Part shown: positions 18,612 through 29,397 of the stretch, piece after piece | How positions within the stretch are numbered: position 1 is the stretch's first letter | How the letters are laid out: each line of letters starts with the position of its first letter | Source of the DNA: an uncultured delta proteobacterium | GTDB taxonomy: Bacteria > Desulfobacterota > Syntrophia > Syntrophales > UBA5619 | Direction of reading: 5' to 3' | Assembly (NCBI GenBank): GCA_963817385.1 | Contig: CAWFOM010000003.1 | Span: 1 to 64,000 of the forward strand | Length of the DNA: 64,000 bases | Position numbers and translations under genes: made by a program | The notes under the pieces: model-generated | Seen by the model: only the letters and a program-made list of their open reading frames with translations | The model's database searches: none | What the model was told of the DNA's origin: nothing

Positions 18612-20116
18612 GCGGCCTCGAGGGACTCGGCCTGATCATGCTGATCGTGATGATCGGGGTGATTTTCGTCGGCTTCCCGATTTCGTTCACGCTGCTGATC
18701 CTGGCCCTGGGCTTCGGCTACGTGGGTCTCGGCCAGATGGTGTTCGACCTCGCCTACTTGCAGACCATCGGCCTGATGAAAATGGAGGAGCTGGCCGCGG
18801 TGCCTCTGTTCATCTTCATGGGCTATCTCACCGAGCAAGCAGGCCTGATGGAGAGGCTGTTCCGTGCGTTTCGCGACCTGCTCGCGCCGGTGCGCGGGTC
18901 GCTTTACCTCGGGGTGATCCTGACCGCGACGGTGTTCGCCATGGCCACCGGGATTGTTGGCGCGGCGGTCACGGTACTCGGCATCATGGCCGCGCCGATC
19001 ATGATCAAGGCGGGTTACGACCCGCGAATGGCTGCGGGCTCGATCGCCGCGGGCGGCACGCTCGGAATCCTGATTCCGCCCTCGGTGATGCTGATCGTCA
19101 TGGGCCCGGTGCTGGGCGTGTCGGTTGCGGACCTTTACGCGGCGGCTTTCGGCCCGGGATTCCTCCTCGCCGGCATGTACATCATGTACACCTTGGTGCG
19201 CAGCTTCCTCAATCCCAGGCTCGGTCCGCCGGTGCCGCCGGACGAGCGGCCCACCTCTTGGACCGTCGTGATCAAGGAGATGTTTTTCGGCATGGTTCCG
19301 CTCGGCCTGCTGATCGCCTGCACGCTGGGGTCGATCCTGATGGGGCTGGCCACGCCGACCGAGGCCGCCTCCGTCGGTTGCTTCGGCGCGTTCGTGCTCT
19401 CGCTCGCCTATCGCCGGTTTACTTTTACCGGCCTTAAAAACGCCTGCCTCAGCACCATGATCACGACGAGCATGGTGATGTTCCTGGCGACGACTTCGAA
19501 TATTTTCGGCGCGGTGTTCGCGCGGCTGGGGACGGCCGAATGGATCACGCGGTCGCTCTTGGCGCTGCCGCTGCCGCCGATGCTGATGCTGCTGCTGGTT
19601 CTGGTGCTGATTTTCCTGCTCGGCTGGCCGTTCGAGTGGCCCGCCATCATCCTGGTGTTCCTGCCGATCTTCGCCCCGGTGGTGCAGGCGCTTAATTTCA
19701 ACCTGGTCTGGTTCGGCGCGCTGGTGGCGGTCACGATGCAGACGGCGTTCCTGTCGCCGCCGGTCGCGATGTCGGCCTACTACTTGAAGCAAGTGGTGCC
19801 GCAATGGAGCCTGGCCACCATTTACAAGGGGATGTTCGACTTCATGTGGATACAGTGCATCTGCATCCTGATCGTAATGTTCGTCCCTAACGTCGCGACG
19901 TGGCTGCCGACCACACTGACCGAGCGGGCGACGATCGAACGCATGGCGCCCTCGAGCGCGGAGGATGCCGCCACCGAAAATGCGCAGGGAAAAGGCTCCC
20001 TCGATGAGGAATACGGAAGCGAAACGCCGAAGACAGACACCCTCGAGGAGGAATACAAGAGCGAAACGCCGAAGGAGGAAGGAACGGAGGCGGAAAAAAG
20101 CAAAGCAAAGAAGTAA
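18608..20116 (+). CDS. TRAP transporter large permease (DctM-like) with acidic C-terminal tail
   Basis: Start MSGLEGLG at 18608; AVPLFIFMG, GTLGILIPPS, ATPTEAA, LSPPVA. Confidence 0.92.
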   Translation: MSGLEGLGLIMLIVMIGVIFVGFPISFTLLILALGFGYVGLGQMVFDLAYLQTIGLMKMEELAAVPLFIFMGYLTEQAGLMERLFRAFRDLLAPVRGSLYLGVILTATVFAMATGIVGAAVTVLGIMAAPIMIKAGYDPRMAAGSIAAGGTLGILIPPSVMLIVMGPVLGVSVADLYAAAFGPGFLLAGMYIMYTLVRSFLNPRLGPPVPPDERPTSWTVVIKEMFFGMVPLGLLIACTLGSILMGLATPTEAASVGCFGAFVLSLAYRRFTFTGLKNACLSTMITTSMVMFLATTSNIFGAVFARLGTAEWITRSLLALPLPPMLMLLLVLVLIFLLGWPFEWPAIILVFLPIFAPVVQALNFNLVWFGALVAVTMQTAFLSPPVAMSAYYLKQVVPQWSLATIYKGMFDFMWIQCICILIVMFVPNVATWLPTTLTERATIERMAPSSAEDAATENAQGKGSLDEEYGSETPKTDTLEEEYKSETPKEEGTEAEKSKAKK

Positions 20117-20174
20117 AGGTTTATGGGTTTTATGCAACCGGGTTTATCTGTTTTCTTAACGAAAGGAGAAGGCA

Positions 20175-21335
20175 ATGCGATTATCAGCTTTGAAAACTCT
20201 TGCGATTGCAACGGCGGCATCACTGTGCGTCGTAACGAGCGGAATGGCGGCGGAACAGCCGGCGCCGCGCGTCCTCAAAATGCAGTCGACCTGGCCGGCG
20301 GCTTCAACACTGCAGGAATGCTTCAAGGGATTGGCCGATCGCGTCGACAGGCTCACCGGCGGCACCCTGAAGATCGAGGCCATGGCGGCCGGACAGGTGG
20401 TGCCGCCATTTGAGGTGCTGGACGCCGTCAACAAGAAGGTTCTCGACGGCGGGCACACGGTGACCTACTACTGGCAGGGCAAGGACTCGGCCGCAACGCT
20501 GTTCGCGTCCACGCCGGCCGGACCTTTCGGCATGGACCATATCGATTTCCTCGGATGGATGTACGAAGGCGGCGGGATGGAGATGTACTGGGATTGGTAC
20601 CAGAACACGATCAAGATGAACGTGGTCGCGTTCCCGAGCATGCCGTCAAGCCCGCAGGCCTTCGGCTGGTTCAAGCGGCCGATCAAGGACCTGAAGGACT
20701 TCAAGGGGCTGAAATGCCGTGAAACGGGCATTGTCGCCGATATCTTCAAGCGCATGGGCATGAGCACGGTCAACATGCCCGGCGGCGAGATCGCAGCCGC
20801 GGCGCAACGCGGCGTGATCGACTGCGCCGAATGGGTGGCTCCCGCCGAGGACCTGAAGCTGGGGTTACCGCAGATCTACAAGTACTACTACATGCCGGGC
20901 ATGCACGAGCCGACCGTGGTCGCCGAGCTGATCATCAACGCCGACGTGTGGAAGAGCCTGTCGGCGCAACACCAGGAGGCGATCCGCTCTGCGGTGACCG
21001 ACAACTACGTGCGCTGGTGGGCAAAGTGGCAGAAGCAGAATGCCGATGCGCTGGATGAGATGCGGACCAAATACGGCACACAGGTCATGCGCACGCCTCC
21101 CGAGATCCTCACCGCGTTCCTGAAGGCGTGGGACGAAATCGCCGCGGAGGAGTCGGCGAAGAACCCCGTTTTCAAGAAGGTCTACGATTCGCAACGCGCA
21201 TACGCGTCGAAAGTCGTTCCGGCCAAGCGCTTCATGCAGCCGCCCTACTCTTTCGCCGCCAACCACTACTGGCCGCAGGAAAAGGCAAAACCGGCCAAGG
21301 CGCCGCCTAAAGCCGCTATGCCGGCGAAGAAATAG
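20175..21335 (+). CDS. TRAP substrate-binding protein (DctP/TakP-like)
   Basis: Signal peptide, LKMQSTW, GWFKRPI, DCAEWV, YYYMPGMHEP. Confidence 0.9.
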   Translation: MRLSALKTLAIATAASLCVVTSGMAAEQPAPRVLKMQSTWPAASTLQECFKGLADRVDRLTGGTLKIEAMAAGQVVPPFEVLDAVNKKVLDGGHTVTYYWQGKDSAATLFASTPAGPFGMDHIDFLGWMYEGGGMEMYWDWYQNTIKMNVVAFPSMPSSPQAFGWFKRPIKDLKDFKGLKCRETGIVADIFKRMGMSTVNMPGGEIAAAAQRGVIDCAEWVAPAEDLKLGLPQIYKYYYMPGMHEPTVVAELIINADVWKSLSAQHQEAIRSAVTDNYVRWWAKWQKQNADALDEMRTKYGTQVMRTPPEILTAFLKAWDEIAAEESAKNPVFKKVYDSQRAYASKVVPAKRFMQPPYSFAANHYWPQEKAKPAKAPPKAAMPAKK

Positions 21336-21360
21336 AGCTTCCGCTCTACACAGGCAATCG

Positions 21361-21386
21361 AGGACCGGGCAGCAATGCCCGGTCCT
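21361..21386 (+). terminator. Intercistronic hairpin after the SBP gene
   Basis: AGGACCGGGCA-GCAA-TGCCCGGTCCT, a perfect 11-bp stem with a GNRA loop and no strong U tract. Confidence 0.6.
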
Positions 21387-21446
21387 ATTCGATTGTCTTC
21401 CCAAACGATCCTTTTATCGTACAAGAAAGAAAAGACCGTGATCACT

Positions 21447-23063
21447 ATGCAAACAGGCCGTCCGCCGACGCTTGCCCCACGCGGCATGGTTGCGTGTCCG
21501 CACGCACTGGCATCCGAAGCCGGCGTCGAAATCCTGAAAGCGGGAGGCTCGGCGGTGGATGCGGCCATCGCCTCCAGCGCCGCCTTGAGCGTCATCTATC
21601 CGCATATGACGGGCTTGGGCGGAGACGCGTTCTGGCTGATCTACGATGCCAAGCAAAACCGCGTGCGCTACCTCGACGGCGCCGGTTGCGCCGCGGCAAG
21701 CGCGTCGATCGAAGCGTTCCGCGCCCGCGGCATGAACGAAATCCCGTTCCGCGGCATCCTGCCGGCGACGCTCACCGTGCCGGGCGCGGTGGCGAGCTGG
21801 TGCGAAGCCCACGCGGCGCATGGACGCCTGCCGCTGGCGCGTAATCTGGCGGCGGCCGCCGGCTATGCGCGCGAAGGCTTCCCGGTAACCGAGCGCCTCG
21901 CCAACTGGATCGCCGCGACCGCGCCGGAACTGGCGCAGAACGGGGAAGCCGCCGCGATTTTTCTGAAAAACGGCAAGGCACCGCGCGCGGGAGAGAGCCT
22001 GATGAATACGGATCTCGCTCGTTCGATTGAAGCAGTCGGCGCCGGTGGTCGCGACGCCTATTACGAAGGCGAGATCGCGAAGGAGCTCGCGCGCTATGCG
22101 GGCGCAAACGGCGGCTTTTTCACCGCCGCGGACTTTCACGCACAGCATGCGCAATGGCGCGAGCCGATCTCGACCGACTATCACGGCGTCAAACTATACC
22201 AGACGCCTCCACCCACCCAGGGGATCTCGGTACTGCAGATGCTGAACCTGATCGAGCCCTTTGAGCTTGCGGCAATGGAATACCTGGGCGCGGACCACGT
22301 GCACCTCCTGGTGCAGGCGAAGCAGATTGCCTACCATGACCGCGACCGCTGGATCGCAGATCCCGCGTTTGCGAATGTCCCGGTCGAGCGCTTGTTGTCG
22401 CGCGCCTACGCCGACGAGCGGCGCGCGCTGATCGATCCCGCCCGCGCGCTCCCCTGGGACAAGGTGCCTTCTTACGGGAGCCTCGCCGGCGATACCGTCT
22501 ACATCTGCGCCGTCGACGCCGAGGGGAACGCGGCCTCGCTCATCCACAGTCTCTATGGCGTGTTCGGCTCGTGCGTCGTCGCGGGCAAGAGCGGCATCGT
22601 GTTGCAGAACCGCAGCGCCTACTTTTCGCTGGACCCGGCGCATCACAATAAACTCGCGCCCGGCAAGCGACCGCTGCACACGCTCATCGCATCGCTCGCC
22701 TTCCGTGACGACAAACTATGGCAGGTGTTCGGCTGCATGGGCGCCGACGGCCAGCCACAGATCCAACTCCAGGCCTACGTTGCCATGATCGACTTCGGCC
22801 TGAATGTGCAGCAGGCAATCGAATCGCCTCGCTGGATCTCCGGCCGCTTCGTCCTGGGCGAACCGCGCGACCTGCTCAACATCGAGGGGCGCTACCCCGA
22901 GGGCACGTTGAAAGAACTCGAGCGCAGAGGCCATGTGCTGAACCGCTGGAGGGCATGGAACGAACTCGCCGGCCATGCACACGGCATCAGCATCGATCCT
23001 GTCACCGGTACACGCTCGGGAGGTTCCGACCCGAGAAGCGACGGCGCTGCCATTGGTTATTGA
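21447..23063 (+). CDS. Gamma-glutamyltransferase family Ntn hydrolase (HpxW/YwrD-like)
   Basis: GGSAVDAAIA, YPHMTGLGGDAF, nucleophile GDTVY, PGKRPLHTL, GSDPRSDG. Confidence 0.9.
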   Translation: MQTGRPPTLAPRGMVACPHALASEAGVEILKAGGSAVDAAIASSAALSVIYPHMTGLGGDAFWLIYDAKQNRVRYLDGAGCAAASASIEAFRARGMNEIPFRGILPATLTVPGAVASWCEAHAAHGRLPLARNLAAAAGYAREGFPVTERLANWIAATAPELAQNGEAAAIFLKNGKAPRAGESLMNTDLARSIEAVGAGGRDAYYEGEIAKELARYAGANGGFFTAADFHAQHAQWREPISTDYHGVKLYQTPPPTQGISVLQMLNLIEPFELAAMEYLGADHVHLLVQAKQIAYHDRDRWIADPAFANVPVERLLSRAYADERRALIDPARALPWDKVPSYGSLAGDTVYICAVDAEGNAASLIHSLYGVFGSCVVAGKSGIVLQNRSAYFSLDPAHHNKLAPGKRPLHTLIASLAFRDDKLWQVFGCMGADGQPQIQLQAYVAMIDFGLNVQQAIESPRWISGRFVLGEPRDLLNIEGRYPEGTLKELERRGHVLNRWRAWNELAGHAHGISIDPVTGTRSGGSDPRSDGAAIGY

Positions 23064-23124
23064 TCTGTCATCTTCTTTCCCTCAGGGACACCTCTTTGAG
23101 AGACAAAAAAATTAGCAGACGTTG

Positions 23125-23160
23125 TCTGCCAACCCGGATTGAAAGATCCGGGTTGGCAGA
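23125..23160. terminator. Hairpin between convergent ggt and SBP genes
   Basis: Perfect 15-bp stem TCTGCCAACCCGGAT/ATCCGGGTTGGCAGA with a TGAAAG loop. Confidence 0.75.
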
Positions 23161-23185
23161 ACGAATGATTCTTAAGCGATCGTGA

Positions 23186-24727
23186 CTATTTGAACGTTAT
23201 TTGTTGCAGTTGAATTTCGTTATTGGTCTGAAGGGAAGGCTTGTAGTTGATTCGTTTTCCGACGCGGCAATATCCCACCATGTGAAACATCATCACATTA
23301 GGAATGATTTCCTCATGGGCACGCTTAAATGCCGCCCGCCAGAGGTTTCTCCTTTCTTCGCCTAATGCGACCTGCGCCTTCTCAATCAGGGCATCCACTT
23401 CCGGATCGCACATGGAGCTGGCAATACCTTTACAGTGATAATTGTAGTAGACCGTAAACGCCGCATCCCCCTTGTTGTTGTCATGCATCTTTTGCACAAT
23501 GTAAGGACCGGGGGGGAACGGTTTATCCTCATACCGCTTTTGTATACCCACCTCAAGTATCTTGAGGGTCACATTGAGCCCGACAGCCCTGTACATGGTC
23601 ATCAAAGCCTCTATTAATTCCTCAGAGCCGGAATGAATCCCGAGGCGGCCCACCAGCAATATTTCCTTATCGACCGGAACTCCGTCTTTTCGCGCCTCAT
23701 CCAGCAGTTGCCTGGCCTTTTTCGGGTCATACGGCCATACCTTCAGATCCGGATTGTATCCGAAGATGTTCGGCCCTATCAACTGGGTGGCCGGAACCAC
23801 ATCCTTGCTTAAAATACTCCCTCGGATGGCATTTCGATCAACGGCATAATTGAGTGCCATTCTCACGCGCCTGTCGTTTAACGGCGGCTCCCATGCACCG
23901 CCAAAACGAAAAAACGTCGTCTCCGCGTTCAGGTAACTGTAATCCATATCCGGTCGGCTTGCATCCTGTTTTGCAATATCCGGGGCAATGTCCGCTTCAC
24001 CGATTCCTACCATAGACGCTCGCACGGACGATTCACCGCGCCACACATAAACAGCTTTTTTCACTTGGGGCTGTTTACCCCAAAAACCATCAAACCGCTC
24101 TAAAATTACCTGCGCGCCCGGATCCCATTTGACAAATTTATACGGACCGGTACCTATCGGATGTTGGGTTATTTTGTCCGGAGGCGTGTTGGGCGAACAA
24201 ATGGGCATGAGCCCCATCAAGGTCGGCAAAAGGGGTTCAAATTTTTCCGACTTAACCTCAACCGTATAGTTGTCCAAGGCTTTGCCTTCTATTTTGACAC
24301 TACTAAAAAACTTAGAGCGTGTGTTGAGCGACATTCTTGTGTCAGCGTTACGTTTGATGCTAAACACGACCGCCTCGGCGTTAAAATCTTTCCCGTCATG
24401 GAATTTAACCCCTTTTCGCAGGAAGAAATGCCAGGTGGTCTTGTCGATTTGTTTCCATGAAGTGGCAAGCCTTGGCATGATGCTGCTGTCGGCAGGATTA
24501 CGTTCCGTTAACGTCTCGATAACATTTGTCGCGATTACCTGGCCCGGTAAGCTCATTGTGTTATCGCCGGGATCTAAACTACGCGGCTCCCCCGTTAACA
24601 CAATGGTGACGGTCCCCGCCTCTGATGCTGCGTAAGCAAGTCCACCGCTTAGTGTAAAGAAAATCGCCAGAACCACCAATAGAATTCTGCCTGACGAACA
24701 TTGATACATGAGACGACCTGATTTCAT
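23186..24727 (-). CDS. ABC transporter substrate-binding protein, family 5 (OppA/DppA-like)
   Basis: Signal peptide, EPRSLDP, LRKGVKFHDG, PIGTGPYKF, DRRVRMALNYAVDR. Confidence 0.92.
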   Translation of the reverse strand: MKSGRLMYQCSSGRILLVVLAIFFTLSGGLAYAASEAGTVTIVLTGEPRSLDPGDNTMSLPGQVIATNVIETLTERNPADSSIMPRLATSWKQIDKTTWHFFLRKGVKFHDGKDFNAEAVVFSIKRNADTRMSLNTRSKFFSSVKIEGKALDNYTVEVKSEKFEPLLPTLMGLMPICSPNTPPDKITQHPIGTGPYKFVKWDPGAQVILERFDGFWGKQPQVKKAVYVWRGESSVRASMVGIGEADIAPDIAKQDASRPDMDYSYLNAETTFFRFGGAWEPPLNDRRVRMALNYAVDRNAIRGSILSKDVVPATQLIGPNIFGYNPDLKVWPYDPKKARQLLDEARKDGVPVDKEILLVGRLGIHSGSEELIEALMTMYRAVGLNVTLKILEVGIQKRYEDKPFPPGPYIVQKMHDNNKGDAAFTVYYNYHCKGIASSMCDPEVDALIEKAQVALGEERRNLWRAAFKRAHEEIIPNVMMFHMVGYCRVGKRINYKPSLQTNNEIQLQQITFK

Positions 24728-25450
24728 AACAATCCCCCTTTTTTTATCATGACATTGACACAGTTGAAGTAAACGAATTTCTCAGCCCTCAGGTTTCAGA
24801 AGCACATTTCAGAATAAATATCTACCAGTACCCTCCAATCTCCTGTCACAATCACCTCCTTTACGACACCTTCACTCTTTCCTCCTATCATTATCGATCA
24901 GAATTTAATTTTATGCGTCATGAGGATATGGAAGGGAGTTTTGAATGTCAAGGAGATTTGATAAGAATCGGAGCCGAGGTTGGCGGTATCTTACCTCGTT
25001 AATCTGTCCGGGCAGTCTTTTCTTATCCCGGATGCCGCAATCGATTAAAAAGAAGGTACTTAAATTTTTCTGAATCAATCGCATGACTGCAGGATAGATT
25101 TTCTTTTGGAGGATACCCTGCGCAGCGTGACTCCAAAACCTGTGCCTCTACCCGTTCAGACTCGCTTTTCACTTGCTTTTGCTCTTAATTGCCGTTACGC
25201 TACGCGCGGATCTGCTCCTATCCTTTCACCCACAAGGAGCGTCATCCCTTTTACCTTTTCGTTCCTGATCCGACAGTTACGACGAAAGAGGTGATATGAG
25301 CGAACTTGAACCGGCACAAGTAACCTTCACACAAAATGATCGCTAAAGAATTATTCAATCGCTCCAGGTTGTATTCCCCCGCAGCGTGCTGCGAGTCGGA
25401 CCACGGAACCCTCAGAGTAATACTGCGCTGCTTGCGGCGGGAATGGTTTA

Positions 25451-25489
25451 TTTTCCCAACCCGGGTTGGGAAAAGCTCGGGTTGGGAAA
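25451..25489. repeat. Perfect 24-bp palindrome plus a third half-site upstream of the permease gene
   Basis: TTTTCCCAACCCGGGTTGGGAAAA followed by GCTCGGGTTGGGAAA. Confidence 0.8.
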
Positions 25490-25517
25490 CAGGAAAGAGA
25501 TAAGCGAGGGTTTTCCT

Positions 25518-26435
25518 TTGAAGAAATTCATATTCACCCGCATGATAGAAAGTTTCTTTTCCCTCATTGGACTCGTTTTCCTTGTATTCTTTCTGGTTCG
25601 TATGACCGGCAATCCGGCAGATCTTTATCTTCCCGAGAACGCCACGCAGGAGATGCGCATAGAATTCAACAAGCTGCACGGATTAAACGACCCACTCCTT
25701 GTGCAGTTCGCTCGATTTGCTTCGCAGCTTGCCCGCTTAGACCTGGGGAATTCGCTACGTCAGGGCAGGCCGGCAATCGACATTGTTCTCGAAGCCTATC
25801 CAACGAGCTTGGAGTTGGCGACGGTTACCATGATCCTTGCCGTTCTCCTGTCCGTCATCATTGGAGTCTCGGCTGCATTCAGGCCTGCCGGGGCATTTGA
25901 TCGCATCGCGACTATTTTATCCCTCGGTGGTGCAAGTGCTCCCAATTTTTGGGTCGCTCTCACGCTGATTTCGATTTTCTCCGTCGGGTTGAGGCTGCTA
26001 CCCACCTCCGGAACAGGAGGGTTTGTCTACTGGATAATGCCGATAACCGTACTGATACTTCCTCCCTTTGGTGTTCTTGTGGTGGTGGTTCGCCAAGCCG
26101 TTATTTCGGCCATGGCCTCCCCTTATATCCGGACGGCCCGCGCAAAGGGGGTGCGAGAGACGTCAGTCCTGTTTGTTCACGCACTTCGGAATGCAAGCCT
26201 TCCCATCGTTACGACGGCCGGTACCTTGGCGATTGGATTTATCAATGGATCGGTCATTGTGGAAACCATATTTGGCTGGCCGGGAGTCGGTAAACTGATG
26301 ATCTATTCGATTTTACAGAGGGATTTTGCAGTTGTGCAAGCGGCGGTCGTGGTTACGGCAATCGCTATCTTTCTTTTGAATATCATGATTGACACTTTCT
26401 ATGCCTATCTGGACCCACGGATTCGCTATAGGTAA
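25518..26435 (+). CDS. Peptide/nickel ABC permease (OppB/DppB-like)
   Basis: TTG start LKKFIFTR; YIRTARAKG, HALRNA, VETIFGWPGVG. Confidence 0.9.
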   Translation: MKKFIFTRMIESFFSLIGLVFLVFFLVRMTGNPADLYLPENATQEMRIEFNKLHGLNDPLLVQFARFASQLARLDLGNSLRQGRPAIDIVLEAYPTSLELATVTMILAVLLSVIIGVSAAFRPAGAFDRIATILSLGGASAPNFWVALTLISIFSVGLRLLPTSGTGGFVYWIMPITVLILPPFGVLVVVVRQAVISAMASPYIRTARAKGVRETSVLFVHALRNASLPIVTTAGTLAIGFINGSVIVETIFGWPGVGKLMIYSILQRDFAVVQAAVVVTAIAIFLLNIMIDTFYAYLDPRIRYR

Positions 26436-27356
26436 TTGACCACAATGGCAGAAAGCAAAGAATTTGATAAAGGACTCATAATTTCGGATCGCAAGGTGGC
26501 GTATTGGCATTTTCTCATTCGCGACCCGTTACCTTTCATATCCCTATTGTGGATAATTCTTACCTTAGTTGCAGCGTTCATCGGGCCTGACCTATTCGGA
26601 GATGAAGCGGTAAAGATGAATCTCAGGGCCCGCAACACCCCTCCCGGATTCCTTCACGGCGGCTGGATGGGAATGTTGGGAACCGATTCATTGGGTCGCA
26701 GCATGCTCGCTCGCACGATTGTTGCGACCCGAAATACTGTAGGAATCGCATTGGCCGCCTCCGTCTCTGCGATGGTCTTGGGTGGCATTATCGGGCTTTT
26801 TGCGGGCTATGTCGGTAAGTGGCCCGCAAAAGTCATTATGCAAATTTCCGATATTATCCAGAGCTTCCCTTCCATTCTCCTGGCGATGATCGTCCTCTAT
26901 ATCCTCGAACCGAGGGCCGCCAATCTGGTTATTGTGTTGGCTTTCACCCGGCTTCCGGTCTATATCCGGGTAGCGAGATCTGAAGTGTTGGAATTGCGCG
27001 AACGGTTGTTTGTGGATGCTGCACGCGTGTTGGGGAGTAGCAGCCTCATGATCCTGTATCGTCACATCGCCCCGATGGCGGCACCAACCGTTATTACCTA
27101 CTGGACGGTCGATGTTGCATTTGTGATGCTTTCGGAATCCGGACTAAGCTTTCTCGGGATTGGGATTCAGCCGCCGGCAATCACTTGGGGATTGATGGTA
27201 GCCAATGGACGAAATTATTTGGAGATTGCTTGGTGGCAGGCTTTTTTCCCGGGGCTGATGATTATGCTTTCCACCCTTTCGATAAATATCCTGTCCAGTT
27301 GGGTGCGCAAGATTATTGATCCGTTGCAACGCTGGAAATTTGAAGTGCAAAAATGA
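26436..27356 (+). CDS. Peptide/nickel ABC permease (OppC/DppC-like)
   Basis: LGTDSLGRS, FVDAARVLG, ESGLSFLGIG, TWGLMV. Confidence 0.9.
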   Translation: MTTMAESKEFDKGLIISDRKVAYWHFLIRDPLPFISLLWIILTLVAAFIGPDLFGDEAVKMNLRARNTPPGFLHGGWMGMLGTDSLGRSMLARTIVATRNTVGIALAASVSAMVLGGIIGLFAGYVGKWPAKVIMQISDIIQSFPSILLAMIVLYILEPRAANLVIVLAFTRLPVYIRVARSEVLELRERLFVDAARVLGSSSLMILYRHIAPMAAPTVITYWTVDVAFVMLSESGLSFLGIGIQPPAITWGLMVANGRNYLEIAWWQAFFPGLMIMLSTLSINILSSWVRKIIDPLQRWKFEVQK

Positions 27357-28330
27357 ATACCAACACATTACTTGAAATCAAGGATTTACAAGTTGAATTT
27401 CGATCCGGTCACGAATGCGTCAAGGCCGTAAACGGGATCAGTTATTCCGTAAACTCCGGGGAGACCTTTGCTATTGTTGGGGAAAGCGGCTCCGGGAAAA
27501 CCGTTTCCACGATGGCGCTGATGAAGCTTTTACCCGTCCCTCCTGCCGTTATCGAAGCAACTGAAATAAGCTTTAAAGGAAACGACCTCCTGCATATGAC
27601 GCAAAACGAATGGCGGCATCTCTCCGGAGATAAAATCGCCATGGTTTTTCAAGATGCCCTCGCAGCTCTCAACCCGGTCTATTCCGTGGGATGGCAAATT
27701 TCTGAGATGTTTCGAATTCATCGTCAACTGGATAGCGCGGAAACAAAGCGTCGTACCATCGATTTACTGAGCAGGGTTGGCATTCCGGAACCGCGTCACC
27801 GCTTACGGGATTACCCGCATCAGTTTTCCGGCGGAATGCGCCAGCGGGCCATGATTGCCATGGCCATCGCGCTTAAACCGGATTTGTTGATCGCCGATGA
27901 ACCCACCACGGCTCTTGATGTTACCATACAGGCTCAAATCATGAGTTTGCTGAAAGACCTACAGGATGAAACGGGAATGTCCCTCATTCTTATTACCCAT
28001 GATTTGGGAGTTGTTGCAGAAACAGCGGATCGGGTTGCAATCATGTATGCCGGACGAATTATGGAAACAGGCACCATAAAAAATGTTCTGGGTAACCCTA
28101 CCCACCCGTATACCCGGGGCCTCCTTAGTTCTCGGCCGCAAGCACACAAAAGGGGAGAACCATTACAGCCCATCTATGGGTCCCCCCCTAACTTAGCATA
28201 CATACCCCAAGGATGTGCCTTTCATCCCCGCTGTCAACACGCCGATACTGCGTGTCGCGAGCTGACACCGACGAGCATTGAAGTAAGCCCGGGACATTAT
28301 GTTGCATGTCACTCTATCAAAAACAATTAA
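27353..28330 (+). CDS. Peptide ABC ATPase (OppD-like)
   Basis: [30 protein letters not shown]-terminal Cys domain GCAFHPRC. Confidence 0.93.
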   Translation: MNTNTLLEIKDLQVEFRSGHECVKAVNGISYSVNSGETFAIVGESGSGKTVSTMALMKLLPVPPAVIEATEISFKGNDLLHMTQNEWRHLSGDKIAMVFQDALAALNPVYSVGWQISEMFRIHRQLDSAETKRRTIDLLSRVGIPEPRHRLRDYPHQFSGGMRQRAMIAMAIALKPDLLIADEPTTALDVTIQAQIMSLLKDLQDETGMSLILITHDLGVVAETADRVAIMYAGRIMETGTIKNVLGNPTHPYTRGLLSSRPQAHKRGEPLQPIYGSPPNLAYIPQGCAFHPRCQHADTACRELTPTSIEVSPGHYVACHSIKNN

Positions 28331-28333
28331 GCA

Positions 28334-29362
28334 ATGTCTCAATACGCAAAAAAAATTTCCACGAATTCGTATAAGGACAAAAAAGAGATGCCGATTCTTC
28401 GCGTCAGTGAACTCGTCAAACATTTTCCGCTGGGCGGTGGATACTTCAGCGGGCAAAAGGGCGTTGTAAAGGCCGTCGATGGGGTAAGTTTCGACCTTTG
28501 CCGGGGAGAAACGTTGGGCATCGTCGGTGAATCCGGGTGTGGAAAAACAACACTGGCGCGTACCTTACTGCGGTTAGAGGAACCCACTGGCGGCAGCGCA
28601 GAATTTGATGGGATGGATCTCTTTTCTCAAGCCTCAAAAAATTCAAAAACGTTGAGACGACGCATTCAAGTCGTATTTCAGGATCCGTACGCGGCACTAA
28701 ACCCGCGGATGTCGGTCAATGAAATTCTTATGGAACCGTTTCGAGTTCATACCGATATTCTGCCCCGAGAAGCGTGGTCAAAGCGCATCAGTGATCTTTT
28801 TGAGCAGGTGGGGCTTCGGCCCGAATATGCGGCGCGGTTTCCCCACGAATTTTCCGGCGGTCAACTCCAACGCATCGGCATTGCCCGTGCCCTTGTGTTG
28901 CAGCCCGAGCTGGTAATCTTGGATGAGCCGGTTTCCGCACTGGATGTCTCCGTGCAGGCCCAGGTGATCAATTTACTTATGGAACTTCAACAGAACCTCG
29001 GTGTCACCTACATTATCATCGCCCATGATCTTTCCGTCGTCCGCCACATTTCGAATCGAGTCGCTGTCATGTATCTTGGCAAGATTGTTGAGTTCGGAGA
29101 TGCAGATGATATCTATGATCGACCGGCGCATCCGTATACATACGCGCTGCTGTCAGCCGAGCCGAAAATTACCCTTGATGATAAATCGAAAAAAAAATGC
29201 GTTTTGCTTACCGGCGAGGTCCCGAGTCCTATCAATCCGCCTTCGGGATGCCGCTTTCGCATCCGCTGCTGGAAGGCTCAGGAGAAGTGTAAGGAAATCC
29301 CTCCCGAAGTTTCACCCGATAAAGCCGATCACAAGGTATCCTGCCACTTTCCTCTCACGTAA
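28334..29362 (+). CDS. Peptide ABC ATPase (OppF-like)
   Basis: [36 protein letters not shown]. Confidence 0.93.
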   Translation: MSQYAKKISTNSYKDKKEMPILRVSELVKHFPLGGGYFSGQKGVVKAVDGVSFDLCRGETLGIVGESGCGKTTLARTLLRLEEPTGGSAEFDGMDLFSQASKNSKTLRRRIQVVFQDPYAALNPRMSVNEILMEPFRVHTDILPREAWSKRISDLFEQVGLRPEYAARFPHEFSGGQLQRIGIARALVLQPELVILDEPVSALDVSVQAQVINLLMELQQNLGVTYIIIAHDLSVVRHISNRVAVMYLGKIVEFGDADDIYDRPAHPYTYALLSAEPKITLDDKSKKKCVLLTGEVPSPINPPSGCRFRIRCWKAQEKCKEIPPEVSPDKADHKVSCHFPLT

Positions 29363-29397
29363 GGCTATACGTGACATTACAGGCGGAATTTAAAGCT

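Noticed and set aside
25370..25450. Possible degenerate REP/IS-end remnant (CCCCGCAGCGTGCTGCG, CGCTGCTTGCGGCGGG)
   Set aside because: Too degenerate, single occurrence, and no transposase remnant recognised.
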